DNA of 62,788 nucleotides, counting the filler, from Globobulimina sp. (lineage: Eukaryota): assembly GCA_003354225.1 (NCBI GenBank). It is 39 parts of 39 records of this genome, joined end to end, with 100 filler letters (N's around TTAATTAATTAA, not from the genome) between each part and the next. Parts side by side here need not be neighbours in the genome. Positions count along the whole stretch, not along the records: positions 11,296 to 12,808 come from PIVH01015489.1; positions 12,909 to 14,421 come from PIVH01015490.1; positions 14,522 to 16,034 come from PIVH01015491.1; positions 16,135 to 17,647 come from PIVH01015492.1; positions 17,748 to 19,260 come from PIVH01015493.1; positions 19,361 to 20,873 come from PIVH01015494.1; positions 20,974 to 22,486 come from PIVH01015495.1; positions 22,587 to 24,099 come from PIVH01015496.1; 31 more parts are not named here. One strand, 5' to 3'. The first letter of the stretch is position 1, and each line of letters opens with the position of its first letter. Both the position numbers and the translations under genes were made by a program. A model generated the notes under the pieces. It was given only the letters and a program-made list of their open reading frames with translations. It had not been told where the DNA came from and made no database searches. This document shows, piece by piece, positions 11,296-24,199 of the stretch.

Positions 11296-12551
11296 ATGAT
11301 ACTGCTTCCAATAAATTTACTGGGATGGCTGACATAATATGCTTGCGGTCCAAAATTCTGCAGATAAATAATATATTTCCAGGGACCAACGATGCTGTTT
11401 GATTCTAATAAATATGTATCATACGACCCTTTAGTCGAATCATTTGAATGTGGAGTCGATATCACCATTATATATTTCCTCAAAACATGAAAATATGTCA
11501 TCGTGACAGAGCCAGTGCGCTCATTCCATATTAATATCGGTTTGGCATTACTAACATTCCCCTTTTCCCATTCATCATTTCCTACATAAAACTCCCACAA
11601 ACTGTTATCATTTATAGCAGCTACGTTTGGCTGTACTCGTGCAATATAAATCTCATCCGCTTGTATCCATGTATGAATTGCACCATTTCTATGCACGCCA
11701 TGTGCGATAATATAGGCTTTCCCATCTGGTGAATATTGCAAATTGTCACCAAAATCAACAAACTGCGGCGCACCAAACTTTATTAAACGATCACCACTTT
11801 CACGGAATAAGTTATCTTTCGCATCGTTACATTTTAAGCGAGGTTCATTCCATTCAATATCCTCAATATCAGTCCATCGGTATCCAACCAATGGTCCCTG
11901 CAAACATACACTGCCACAGCCTCCGTAAGAACCATTTAAAAAACACGTGCCATAAAACCAGGTATTATTATATATCAAAGAGCCGCATGGATAGCGGCCT
12001 TCGTATGGATAGCTGGACGAAGTGAATACTGCCGCCTCAATAATTGTTAAATTGTCTGCTTTTTGGCCGGAAACAACTGCATAGCCAGTGCTTGAAGTAA
12101 GGTTTGAACCAATCCCGACAGAGTTAGAAGTTACTTTAATGCCATTGGATAAAGAAACCGTCCCCGCAGTAAATGTTGTGTATAGATTTCCATTGTTAGC
12201 CCAGGATGGATACCATGTATCTGCTGAATCGAAAGAACCGCCATAAATAAAATTAGAATTGTTTAAATATTGCCAGCCGATGATGTCTGTGCTTTTTTCA
12301 AATGGTATTGAATTTGGTGGTATTGTGTTGCTCCAATCTAACCAAATTTCATTGTTGTTATTGGAATCAGTGTTTGTAGTTAGTAACAACAGACTGATTA
12401 CTAATGCTATCATTGACAACAATACTGCGGATATTAGAAAGCAAATAAATAGGTACTTTTTGTTTTTATTTATTTGACTCTTACTTGCTTCGTTTTCGTT
12501 CTGTAGTGGTTCGTAATGTCCTTGTTCTGTGTTAGCAAATTGGGTTGACAT
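11296..12551 (-). CDS. Type II membrane-anchored DUF4185-like beta-propeller, putative glycoside hydrolase, 3'-truncated
   Basis: N-terminal TM helix, then SADTWYPSWA..GNLY, YEGRYPCGSL..WFYGT, KFGAPQFVDFG..SPDGKAY, FGPQAYY, resembling a bacterial-type propeller family. Confidence 0.6.
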
Positions 12552-12908
12552 TAATATAAAAAAAATGCAAAACAAAAATGTTTTCGGAGCTCGAGGTTTT
12601 CTGTTGTGATCTTAGAAAGTTTACTGGTTTGCAAAACGGATTATCACGGAATATAATTATAAGAAATATATACAAACATTTACGATGAATCCACACAAAA
12701 AAAAGCAATGGAATTATTTATCCTTTTTTGCGGATCATTGGCTACCTCGATTTTTGAGTGAATGAAATCTGTAAAAACAAAACAGGAAAATTAATTAGAA
12801 TAAAAAAANNNNNNNNNNNNNNNNNNNNNNNNNNNNNNNNNNNNNNNNNNNNTTAATTAATTAANNNNNNNNNNNNNNNNNNNNNNNNNNNNNNNNNNNN
12901 NNNNNNNN

Positions 12909-13936
12909 CATTATATTTTCGTTTATCAAATGGAGACTGCACGCCGGCTTTAACCGTTTTAACCTTTTCTATATATTCCTTTTTATGACCGACTAAATAT
13001 TGAAACAAGTCTGCAGCAAATTGTTGACAATTACCAGTAATGGGATTATACGATTTGTCCGCGGCCGTTTCATTGCTATGTTTAGATTGTTTGAACAATG
13101 AAGAAGTTGATGATTTCCTTTGGTTTTGTAAGTCAGTCCACATTCCCAAAAAATCCGCAATATCACAAATCTTTCTATTGATTTTTATATGTTTCACCAA
13201 TGGCGGATCATTGGCCTTTGCCTTATGTTTATGAGTATTTTTTTTCATGAATGCTTTCAATTTGTTTACATCATAATCGTCCATGTAATTCAAATACGAA
13301 GTATTCTTTAATGGCGATGGTGTTACTGACGAAAGAATGCGCCATTTTTCCTTTCTTTTATTTTTACCGTTCGCATCACGCACATAATAATGCAAAAAAT
13401 CATCCAATTCTGCTTCTGATGCGGGGGTTTGTTGTAAACCTAACATGCTTTGTTATGATTTGAAGCTGAGATAGAAAGTAAATGCAACTCAACCAAAGGC
13501 GCCCTTTTTTTTGGATTCTAAAAAATCAATGGACATTAATGCCGGAGGAGCCTGGATCTTAACGCACCAATGCTAATATAAGCAAATTATGGTTGAAACA
13601 GTACACAGATTGTAAATTACAAATGTATTAACTTCAAATTTATTGCTTTCATAGCCATTTACTGGTCTACTCACCACCTATTTGTATCACACAATTGAGT
13701 ACATTTGAAGTTGAAGAAATGCAAATTTTAACATTACATACCCATACTGCCACAATTTGAAATGGTAAATCTGTTAACAATGTACATACTGTATCACGAT
13801 TCTTTCGATCCAATGGATAATCAAAGCAACTTAAACCAAAATCAGACCATACCATTGCTTTTGCAACTTGTGTAGATACCCATTCTGATGGATTTGATTT
13901 TGATTTTGATTTACTAGCGTACGAGAAGAATGACAT
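12909..13936 (-). CDS. Permuted papain-like (PPPDE/LRAT-type) thiol peptidase-fold protein; introns 13678-13732, 13573-13620, 13440-13493
   Basis: Three GT-AG introns of 48-55 nt give one frame containing HWCV (His) upstream of YNPITGNCQQFA (NCxxF Cys motif). Confidence 0.7.
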
Positions 13937-13973
13937 GGTTATATTTGTTTTTTTTCTTTTCAGTTAACTAACC

Positions 13974-14285
13974 ATGACTGTGTTGTTAGTGTTTCCGTTC
14001 ATTTTGATAAATGGAATAAATTCCAAAGCATTTTCATTATGTACATTTGGTCATACAACGCCAAATAAATACCTCGCAGGAAAAACGAATTATTTCCTGT
14101 CTCCAGGTCAACCACTGTTGTGGGCCTCATATAATCATCCACCAGAAACACCAAATATGACATATATTTACGAGGATTTCTCAACAAATGAGTCGTGCTG
14201 GTCATTTGCAGCTACCTCAAGTCTCTCAAATATCTTAAATGAAGACTATGATCAGTTTGTAATGCATAATTGCATATGTATCTAA
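13974..14285 (+). CDS. Putative secreted protein, first exon
   Basis: Signal-peptide-like N-terminus MTVLLVFPFILING; starts 38 bp from the divergent gene at 13936. Confidence 0.35.
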   Translation: MTVLLVFPFILINGINSKAFSLCTFGHTTPNKYLAGKTNYFLSPGQPLLWASYNHPPETPNMTYIYEDFSTNESCWSFAATSSLSNILNEDYDQFVMHNCICI

Positions 14286-14521
14286 ATTTGATTTCATTTG
14301 GGATTCTATTACTGATAGCGTATATGCCTCAGTTTTGTTCATTCCCATTATTGAATATATATTCTTTTGTCTATTGTATAAAGTTGATGATTTCTTTTCT
14401 TTTTTAATTCTTTTATTTGCCNNNNNNNNNNNNNNNNNNNNNNNNNNNNNNNNNNNNNNNNNNNNTTAATTAATTAANNNNNNNNNNNNNNNNNNNNNNN
14501 NNNNNNNNNNNNNNNNNNNNN

Positions 14522-15846
14522 ACAAACACATTTCAAATCTATGACACAATTACTAAGACTTGGCAAATCGGACAAAGTTTATTCACAGAACGAGCATATG
14601 CTTCATGTGCTATTTTGAATGAGTACTTGTATATTTTTGGGGGTCGCAATTCGAACAATGCGATACTGCGATCCATTGAAAATGTATACATTTTCATTCC
14701 TGAGAATATGGCATCGTTTTCCTGGAACATATTAAGTACGGTTCAATTACAAACAAACAATATTTATTCTCATGCGCTCTCAGTAAATGATTTCGTATAT
14801 CTCATAGGCGGAAGGGATAAAAATGGATACAACGCGGTGGAGATACAGGCAATGGATACATCGCATAATGTTTATACTGTAATAAGTAAAATATACAGTG
14901 CACGATCCGGAATTGTATTTGCTGACAATGTAATATATTTATTTGGCGGTACCGGAGATGGCGGAGCATTGACTAATTGGCAGTATTCCAACACAATCAC
15001 ATTATCGCCAACTTCAGACCTGACTTCAGATCCAACTCTAAGTCCAATTTCAGCTCCAACTCAAAATCCAATTTCAGATCCAACTTCAGATCCAACTTCA
15101 GATCCAACCGCAATTGTTTGTTATATGTACATGTATCTATGTACAAATATCTTTGTTGATACATAATGTTTCAATATATATAGCCAACATACGTTCCATC
15201 ATATGATCCAACACAGGATCCAACATATTATCCTTCATTACATCCAACAAATATTCCAACATATAATCCAATAACAGACCCAACATATACTCCTACAACG
15301 GAGCCAACATCGGCCCCAACCTCAAACATTGAAGGCAGTGTTATTGAGCCTAGCAATCAGTCAACAAATGAGCCGACAAAAGATCCGACGTACGGTCCAA
15401 CCGTGACATCACCGGGAAACTCGAGCATCGCAAATATTTTTAAAGATAGAACTTATTTTGTCACCCTACTCATTATTGGCGCAGTTATTATCTGCATCAA
15501 TTGTATGGTGATATTATGTATTTTGCGCATCATTCAACAGAGGAAAATGAGGAAAAAAGCTACACAGAATTCGAAACAACGAGGAGTATTTGAAGAAAAT
15601 ATACAAACAAATATAGTAGCAACGTCAATAAAAAATGAAACTAATACGGAGAGTGCGCATACAAAACAGTCTCAAAAACATGTAGAAAGAGTGAGGTCAT
15701 CATCGGTAGAGATGCGTATGGCTTATATTGAGGATTCGTTAACGTTGCAAAACGATGAGGATTTGTATGGTGAAGGACCTATGTCACTTAGCACCACCGG
15801 GAAAACTACAAAAGGAAAACATACAGAAACATTAATATTAAAATGA
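14522..15846 (+). CDS. Kelch-repeat + PT-repeat stalk + single TM surface protein, 5'-truncated; intron 15116-15183
   Basis: LYIFGG, VYLIGG, IYLFGG kelch motifs; (S/T)DPT repeats; TM LLIIGAVIICINCMVILCIL; a 68-nt phase-0 intron joins the ORFs. Confidence 0.85.
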
Positions 15847-16134
15847 ATGTAACGTACATTCTTGACTTGTGAAGTTCATTTAATTTAGTTGTAAATTTTC
15901 AGTTATGATTATCCATAAATTAAATACCCATGCAATCCGTGTAAGTTAGTGTATACCAAATATGAACCAAGTTAACTATGTTCCCTTTGTTTCCTCTGAG
16001 ATTTGGTATACTGTATACAAAGAGCATCCGACCTNNNNNNNNNNNNNNNNNNNNNNNNNNNNNNNNNNNNNNNNNNNNTTAATTAATTAANNNNNNNNNN
16101 NNNNNNNNNNNNNNNNNNNNNNNNNNNNNNNNNN

Positions 16135-17445
16135 ACTAAGGACACACAAAACAAGTGCAACTATAAATGAGACAATAATAAAAAGTGATGTATATTTTAT
16201 AATTTTTCTATTCTCCCATTTATATTTATTCGTGAATTCGAAAGGTATTTTCTTTTCAATATATGTCTCATTTCCATGCATTTGTACATATTGTTGCTCA
16301 TATTTCAATGTTTCACAATATCTCCCAATTCTGTTACTATCCAAGCAATCACAAATATTGTTGTTAACATTCCAAAAACCATTATTATTTTCACATAATA
16401 CTTTCAAAAAAAACAATATCAACTCCTCAGATAATGGGAATTTCTTCGCCCATTTACTATGCGCTGTTTGTTGGTGAATACATAATCTTGTTTCTGCACT
16501 ACATTCATGATCTAATTTAGTAGCAAATGCACATAAATATCCATTATTTGCCTGTGCTATATTGTCGAATGTAATATTATAGGCATTAATATTGCATTTA
16601 TTCCATAGTGCCCAATTTATCCATTCTTGTTGAACAGAAACACATTCCTTTACCTTTGGTGTTTTACCAATATTAAATGTGCACGGTCTGTGCACACAAC
16701 ATCCATTTATATTAACTACTTCATCCGTAGCACTGTGATGAATCCATATTGGCATTGCTGAGTAATAATGGTTTGTGTGTTTAGCAACTTTATCAATTGC
16801 AACATATCTTTGATGATCATAAATATATCCAGCAATGGGTGAAATCGCAGTTATTTTGGGAAACATATTTGCCACAGAATTCCATCCAAATTTATCAACC
16901 ATGAATGCTCCGTTACTGAAACCTGTCATAAACAGTGAATTAAACGATAATGAAATATATGGATATAATACTGGTATATTTAGAAATATTTTAGTTAGTA
17001 ATAGATGAATAAAGGCAATATCATCATAATCTTTATCCAGTGATGGATCACAACAAACATCTGCATTCCAGGATGGTTTTTCATTCATACCACCACCTTT
17101 GGGGATAATTAAAATAAAGCCATATTTGTCTGAAAATAATTTCCATTTATTATATTCCCAAAATGGATTACAACCTAAACAATGAAACCCTACAAATGTT
17201 GGTATCTCTAAATGATGTTTGGATGTATTCACAGCAAATGATGATGATGATAACTTATATTTGTTTCTATAACTTGAGAAATTATTTGACGAACAAAATT
17301 GTGTCGGAATATATAGATAAGCGATGCGTTCAATTTTCTCATGTATCATGAATAGTTTTTGTTGTGTTCCACATTCTTCTTTATTTATTTCAAATGTTTT
17401 AACAATCTGTGCAATTAGAAATAATTTAAAAATGTTGGCCACCAT
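16135..17445 (-). CDS. Membrane-anchored PHB-depolymerase/LpqC-like serine esterase with EGF-like domain
   Basis: Signal peptide from ATG 17445; WNADVCC, DDIAFI, GFSNG (GxSxG), TDEVV, TAHSKW; C..NGFW..CDC..GRYCE; C-terminal TM. Confidence 0.85.
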
Positions 17446-17462
17446 CTTTTTCAAAACTTTAA

Positions 17463-17647
17463 ACGATATGTTCCAAAAGATAACCCCACACCCCATGGAG
17501 ATAAGTTGTATACATTTTTTTCACTTCTGCTAGAAACGGATTGCAAATCCAGAAACTGTTTGCTATAGATTTGTGTTGAGTTTGTTCTGTTTTTTTTTAT
17601 AACTTTGTATTGGGTTTGCAAATCCAGAACAAAGTCAGAACAAATTT
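17463..17647 (+). mobile_element. MITE-like interspersed repeat, family A, copy 2 (truncated by contig end)
   Basis: ACGATATGTTCCAAAAGATAACCC terminus and colinear similarity to 775-961. Confidence 0.75.
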
Positions 17648-18052
17648 NNNNNNNNNNNNNNNNNNNNNNNNNNNNNNNNNNNNNNNNNNNNTTAATTAAT
17701 TAANNNNNNNNNNNNNNNNNNNNNNNNNNNNNNNNNNNNNNNNNNNNTAATATACTGTAATTTTGAAATATAAAACGCTTTTTTGTTTCGCGCTGACGAA
17801 AATCAGTGACTTTGCTTTCGATTCAGTTAAATGCACGAATTCTACAGCTACGACCGTGTCTGCTTGCCATGTTCAGTTGTGATAAATATTAAAGTTTTTT
17901 TTATGTGAAAATCAAGGAAAAAGACGCGATCGGACTCAGTCCGAATATTATTTATACAATACAGTATATAAAATCTCACACATTCACTCCCGTTGCTGTA
18001 ACATATTTAATGGTATATCCAGCACTTGGACTTATTTTCGAATAGCACCAAT

Positions 18053-18463
18053 TTAATCGTTTATCCTTATTTGCAACACCCGTACGCTTAGAAATAAAAC
18101 TTGTAAAAATGCCACCATTTGATGTATCATACCTCTTGAGATGGTGCACGTGTTACAGCCTTTAATTAATATCCATACCTCTTGAGATGGTGCACGTGTT
18201 ACAGGACACGTTGTCATTAATCGAGACACAGCATGTATGGTACAACCATGTGGTAATCCAAGGGAAGTAACGGTTTGTGTATTTTCTAATTGTTTACCTA
18301 CAAAAATTAGTGTTACTGACCTGGCATATGCAGCGGCATGGGATTGTTTACAGAATAATTGTTTACACATTGCTTGCTTCATTTCAGCCACTGTCATTGC
18401 TGGGCGTGCATTAACTACAACCGTGCGACCACATAATGTCTTAATAGTAACCTGGATCGGCAT
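18053..18463 (-). CDS. Ubiquitin-like domain protein (3' structure uncertain)
   Basis: IQVTIKTLCGRT..MTVAEMKQ..LIFVGKQLENTQTV..LGL..GCTIHAV is a UBL pattern; no terminal GG. Confidence 0.75.
   Translation of the reverse strand: MPIQVTIKTLCGRTVVVNARPAMTVAEMKQAMCKQLFCKQSHAAAYARSVTLIFVGKQLENTQTVTSLGLPHGCTIHAVSRLMTTCPVTRAPSQEVWILIKGCNTCTISRGMIHQMVAFLQVLFLSVRVLQIRIND
18128..18204. repeat. 31-bp perfect direct repeat, period 46
   Basis: CATACCTCTTGAGATGGTGCACGTGTTACAG at 18128-18158 and 18174-18204. Confidence 0.95.
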
Positions 18464-18639
18464 AATGGACGGCTAATATTGATCGAAGAAAGTTTTTTTT
18501 TGAGCTGGGTTTTCATTTTGTATCTATAAAAAACTATCGAATGCTCAGTAATTATATAATTTATGTAATTATACATATTGTCTAAAACGCATGAATATCA
18601 CTCACAAAAATACATGCAATCTGTATGTAACACTTGTCA

Positions 18640-19260
18640 TTACAGAGTAACGTCATTGTAATTAAGTTCTCCTTCTGAACCAATAATAAATTCATCTCTC
18701 ATCACATTTGGATTATTATATTCCTCCTTTGCATTCATAACATATCCTTTTGGAGTAATAACAATATCATCCATCACATCCATATCATCCATATGCATTC
18801 CATCATTATTCGCATTTGTCAATGTATCCTCCATCACACTCTCATTTGTTCCCATTTCATCAGTTCCCGTATCCTCTGTACCTGTACCTGTATCATCGTC
18901 GACCGGTGTCACAAATGTACTCATTTCAACATTACATTCATTAATATTCGATTTTGCTCTCTTTGCAATTGGAGGTGCTGGAAACTGACGAGTCTGTCCA
19001 GTATCACCCATCATATCATCACCATCTATCAATATATTATTTACTCCCACTGCCAATGTTAAATTGTGCGCAAACCGCTGTTGATCTGTAGGCGCACATA
19101 AATCAGTTGCAATTACAAATTGTTTGCTCGTGCTATCAATACGCAATGTTGCTCCTTCGTTATTACCTAAATATTGCTGTTTCTTGTTCCGTTTGCATCT
19201 GCAAAGCAGCGCTAAAGTACAGCATAAACAACAGGAAAATATTACTATTACAATAATATA
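18640..19260 (-). CDS. C-terminus of type I membrane protein (TM + acidic tail)
   Basis: Frame open from the contig edge: IIVIVIFSCCLCCTLALL-CRCKRNKK followed by a D/T/M-rich tail. Confidence 0.6.
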   Translation of the reverse strand, partial: YIIVIVIFSCCLCCTLALLCRCKRNKKQQYLGNNEGATLRIDSTSKQFVIATDLCAPTDQQRFAHNLTLAVGVNNILIDGDDMMGDTGQTRQFPAPPIAKRAKSNINECNVEMSTFVTPVDDDTGTGTEDTGTDEMGTNESVMEDTLTNANNDGMHMDDMDVMDDIVITPKGYVMNAKEEYNNPNVMRDEFIIGSEGELNYNDVTL

Positions 19261-19929
19261 NNNNNNNNNNNNNNNNNNNNNNNNNNNNNNNNNNNNNNNN
19301 NNNNTTAATTAATTAANNNNNNNNNNNNNNNNNNNNNNNNNNNNNNNNNNNNNNNNNNNNTCATCCACTATGAAAATCACCAAATTGGTGATATAAATCC
19401 GTAATTTTCCAATCTAAAATATCGTTTTATTTAAATTTATATTTTTTTTTCCTTCAAAACTTTAAGAATTTCTATAGAAATATATTACTTGAACCCATCT
19501 CCAATCTATGAAAAAATAAAAATAAAGGAATTTAAAAATGTATAGCGACATACTTTCCGTGTTGTGCATGATTGGGATATACTACACATTTAATCAGTCA
19601 TCACAAACTATATCAACATTACGATTGATTTGTTTACCAAGATAGGTATTTATATAATACCAATTACTATCAAATCAATCAAATCATCTCATTGATTCAG
19701 CAATATTGAAGCATACGGAACATTGCAAAGTATTTTGGTACAATTATACAGCAAAATCGTTTGTTTTTTCATCCAATGAAATGATATCGTTACATTTCAT
19801 CCACTGACAATGATAGATTATCATGGCATGTCGATCAGTCATTTGATAGATACAGAGCTGGTTAATATCCAGGGTTAAATCTAGAATATATATAAACATT
19901 GTGATATATAAATCTAGAATATATTATAT

Positions 19930-20190
19930 TCGATGGTGAATTATAAACATCCGCTCCAACTACTAATTCACCATCGAATATACCAACTACAATATATCCA
20001 ACTACGAATCCCACACGTGATCCAACAACAGAACCTACAAATTGGACCAACCATTGATCCAACTGCGGATCCAACAACTATATAATCCAAATAAGTTCCC
20101 AACAGTAACATAGTTTATCCAACTAAGTTTCCAACACTAATCCAAATAAGTTTCCTAACAGTTTATCCAACACAGCACATAACCACTGAT
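19930..20190 (+). pseudogene. Degenerate PT-repeat (mucin stalk) coding remnant
   Basis: TSAPTTNSPSNIPTTIYPTTNPTRDPTTEPT followed by frameshifted CCAAC repeats and stops. Confidence 0.45.
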
Positions 20191-20499
20191 CGATCACATA
20201 ATCATATGAACATACCTTGGTATAAGAATAAATATTAAATACGCACGATACTCCATTTAATGTTTGATTTATCGTATATTTTTGTGAGTGCTCTACAGCC
20301 ATAATTTGTTAAATATCAGCAATTAACAGTTTGTTGTGGCCCCGGACGTTGCTATACACATGTTCTCTTTCTTCTATTGGCTACCTGTTTTATCTTTTCA
20401 CAAAGTTGAAAACTGTTACACTCCGAAATCTTACAGCTCTAAATTCTGACTTTCGACTTTCGTTGCTTCACTTTTTTAGATTGTAATCATTCCTATTCA

Positions 20500-20873
20500 A
20501 TGAATGAAGTTTGGTTATTTGTGTCTGCTTGGGTCAGCAGGCTTGTTTATTCCATCGCAATTATCGTTGTTTGGCGCATTGTAAAGCGTGAGATCCGAAA
20601 TAGGAACAAAATCGAGTGGAAACAGAAAAACAATGAACACAATTCAAATATTTATCAACGATGGTTAAATATATCTTCAATGACAACAATGGTGACAGCA
20701 TTATTAACATTGATATTCTTCATATTGGACACGATTCCAATAATTTGTCTATATTCATTCTCTTTATCCGGAGCGTTATGGCCTATTTTGAAAGCAACAT
20801 TGACTTTGTACCAAATAGCCAGACTACAATATACGTTTTATTCCAAACAAGTTCATTCAGAGAAACACGGATA
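20500..20873 (+). CDS. Orphan 7TM/GPCR-like membrane protein, N-terminal part
   Basis: Three TM helices, Cys before TM3 and LYQIARLQYTF after it. Confidence 0.5.
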
Positions 20874-20973
20874 NNNNNNNNNNNNNNNNNNNNNNNNNNN
20901 NNNNNNNNNNNNNNNNNTTAATTAATTAANNNNNNNNNNNNNNNNNNNNNNNNNNNNNNNNNNNNNNNNNNNN

Positions 20974-22028
20974 CATCGGATTTAGAGCATAGAACCGATT
21001 TGAAAGAGAAATATATTTCGTTGCAAAAATGGTTGAATTGTGTCATTGTTTCCGGTGATAAAAAATATAAAGGACATTTTGTTGGGTTTTTTATTGAAAA
21101 ATATTTGTTTTTATTGTTGATGGGTGGCGGATTATTTTGTATTTTACATTTATTACATTGGAATGAGAGAAATACGGCGAATAAGATTGAGAAATTTTAT
21201 ATTATTTTCCAATTAATTATATTACCGTTGTGGTGGATATTTATTGTGTTTGGAATACAAAAATGTTGCTGGTTCATATTATCAAATAAAAGATATTGTA
21301 TTGTATTATTATTATATTTTGTGTTATTTTTGATTGTTTGCATTCATTCTTATTCACAGATTAAATTTTTCGATAAAATGAAATTTCTGGAGGAGGATCA
21401 TTTCATTTCAAAAATAATCTGTTTTGCTTTTTTAATATTATTTAATCTGATTTTATTATTTTTTTTGTTTTGCAAATGTAAAAAAACATTCATTGACAAT
21501 AAATATTCGAAATATTATATGATAAATATGTTAATGATTTATTTATGTGTTACAATTAAACTATTTATTGATAAAAATATTATTAAAAACAGTGCAGAAA
21601 CGCTGGAATTAATACAGAATATTTTAAACATTGTAATTTATGGTTTGATTTCAATTTCAAATGTAATATATTTGAGTGCAATCCATGTCAAATATTTTAA
21701 AAATAATGGAATTATTATTGTTCGTCGCTGGGTATTTTCATTTTGGACGTTTTTGTTATGTAATTATAGAGTGGAGAATTTTTGTTATGAATCTGAATGG
21801 AGTTTTGATAAACATATGGTCGAAGCCGTTAAAATTACGTCAACTGATCTTGACGATGAATTTAGTCCAATTTATTCAGACAATGCTGTTACAAATGAGA
21901 TTCATGATGTTGCTGTAACTGAAGATATAGATTTTGGACAATTGGATAATGAGATTGAATGTATGGTAATTGTTAAAGATGATGATATCAATGAGAATGA
22001 TGTCAATGGAGATATGGATTACTTATAA
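20974..22028 (+). CDS. Multi-pass membrane protein with acidic C-terminal tail
   Basis: 342-aa ORF with six or more hydrophobic segments. Confidence 0.6.
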
Positions 22029-23168
22029 AAATGTCCAGATATACAGTATTATGCATATTGTTTGTTTTTTATACATTTGTTTTTTGCATTATATAATTAT
22101 AACTTTTTTTTCGAAAGGGTTTAGACCCGATCCAATTTTATTGTGCACATATAAATCAATAATGCACAAATGTTCATTTGAATGCTTAATAAAAATGTAA
22201 AGTGAACACAGTTACAAAGTTTTCTAATCTCGTTTACCTTGACATTATTGAATGCCATAATTAAATAAACAGCAGAAACAGCGCAGATCTGCAGTTTGGG
22301 CATATAGAAACTATAATTTACGATTAATAACACATTCGGAAAGGCAGAATCAAATGTATAATTTGATGGTTAACAAATAGTATGTTCAACATATATAAAC
22401 TTTCAGATAATATACAAAACTGACAGCAAAAGACAACGAATAGAAAAAAGCATATCGTGGACTAAAAATGAAATAAAAGAAGCATANNNNNNNNNNNNNN
22501 NNNNNNNNNNNNNNNNNNNNNNNNNNNNNNTTAATTAATTAANNNNNNNNNNNNNNNNNNNNNNNNNNNNNNNNNNNNNNNNNNNNGTGATATATGGTTC
22601 ATATTCAATTCTATTTATATCCACATCGGCGAATGATTTAAAATTAAAACATGTCTCAATTCTAAGATCACAATCGTCAATTATTGTATGTTCAGTAATA
22701 CAATTACATGATAAATTGCGATGTTGAGCAAATAATAAAGAAACTGCTTGTTTTCGTGCATCAGCTCTGTCCTTAAGTCGTTTGGTTGTTAATTGGTCCT
22801 GTAATGCCTTGTATTGTGGCCTTTGCATCATAATCTTTGCCCCAGTCATATTTGCAAATATGTAGATTTGCTTCACAAGTCACTTCTGAACCATACACAT
22901 GAGATTCATCTGGGCAATCTACCGTAAAATACCCTTTTGTTACTATATTTAAATACGTCCAAATAGATAGAAGACAGAGTGACATGATGTTTTCAAGTCA
23001 GTCAAGTGAGCTAGTTTCAATAATTATAAAAACATGTATATCTAGTATTGTCTACAAAAGTCATCGTCAAATTGCTTAATTCATAACACAAAAAAGCAAA
23101 TCAATAATTAATACTTAGTAAATAATATATTAATGTCTAACATCACATATATCTAAAATGACTACGTT

Positions 23169-24059
23169 CTATTCCAAAGTTAAAGTGTTTTCAGCGGTGC
23201 ATGTAACAGAATGATATTCTGTATTTCCATATGTTGTTGAAAATTCCTGCGAGTTGGAAGATTCAACTGAAGCTCTAGGATTTTGGTGTACATTCACTCT
23301 CGATGTGCCTATAAATATCTTTGTTGTGAGACTCGCATTTCCTGTCAATGCACTGTTACTATTACAAAAATTGCCATATCTTTCGTAGTCTGCATTATCT
23401 TTGATGCGTTTATATTGAAAATCGCTGCAATTATCCTCATCGTTTGCGACCCTCAAATACCACCATAATGTTATAAAAATAACAAAATGTCCGATTAGTT
23501 CGTGTTGAATTATCCATAACAATGTTTCTGTCACACTGAAATCCCATGTCACAAAAAAGTATAACCAAATACCCAACAAATTGCTGTAATATGTAACTAT
23601 TCCGGCACAAAGCCATATCATTTTCAGATACAATTTATTGGCTTGATCTGCACTGTCTGGCTTTTGGTTTGTTGGTCGTAACTGAGGTGATATTCTAATG
23701 GATATACTGTTGACTCTTTTAAATAATGCGATGAGACGGAAGAAGAAAATGATTAAAGCGACGGCAAATATTGCTGTTGTCGAGAACCAAATGATGGCAT
23801 TCATCATATAAAAATCATGAATGAGTTTGGATTCTTCTTCCAATGAAAAAGCAAATATCTCCGCTATTACAGATATACTCATTTCGAGGATATATACAAT
23901 GACAATACAATAATAGTACCATGGTATTCCATCATTGTATCGTTTTGCACGATAATATGCTGAGAATACACGAATTGAAAGAGTTGAAATACTAAAACAT
24001 AATAATAAATCAAACATTGATGCTAATGATAATATACAAAGTTTCAAAGCCAAATCCAA
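23169..24059 (-). CDS. Multi-pass (GPCR-like) membrane protein
   Basis: About five TM helices followed by a Ser/Thr-rich tail; 296-aa ORF. Confidence 0.55.
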   Translation of the reverse strand: MDLALKLCILSLASMFDLLLCFSISTLSIRVFSAYYRAKRYNDGIPWYYYCIVIVYILEMSISVIAEIFAFSLEEESKLIHDFYMMNAIIWFSTTAIFAVALIIFFFRLIALFKRVNSISIRISPQLRPTNQKPDSADQANKLYLKMIWLCAGIVTYYSNLLGIWLYFFVTWDFSVTETLLWIIQHELIGHFVIFITLWWYLRVANDEDNCSDFQYKRIKDNADYERYGNFCNSNSALTGNASLTTKIFIGTSRVNVHQNPRASVESSNSQEFSTTYGNTEYHSVTCTAENTLTLE

Positions 24060-24199
24060 TTCAAAATAAAATTGAAATGGCCAAAAAAAATCACAAACAN
24101 NNNNNNNNNNNNNNNNNNNNNNNNNNNNNNNNNNNNNNNNNNNTTAATTAATTAANNNNNNNNNNNNNNNNNNNNNNNNNNNNNNNNNNNNNNNNNNNN

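Noticed and set aside
15951-16011. 11-bp inverted repeat GTATACCAAAT/ATTTGGTATAC
   Set aside because: Short, near the contig end, and no supported second full copy.
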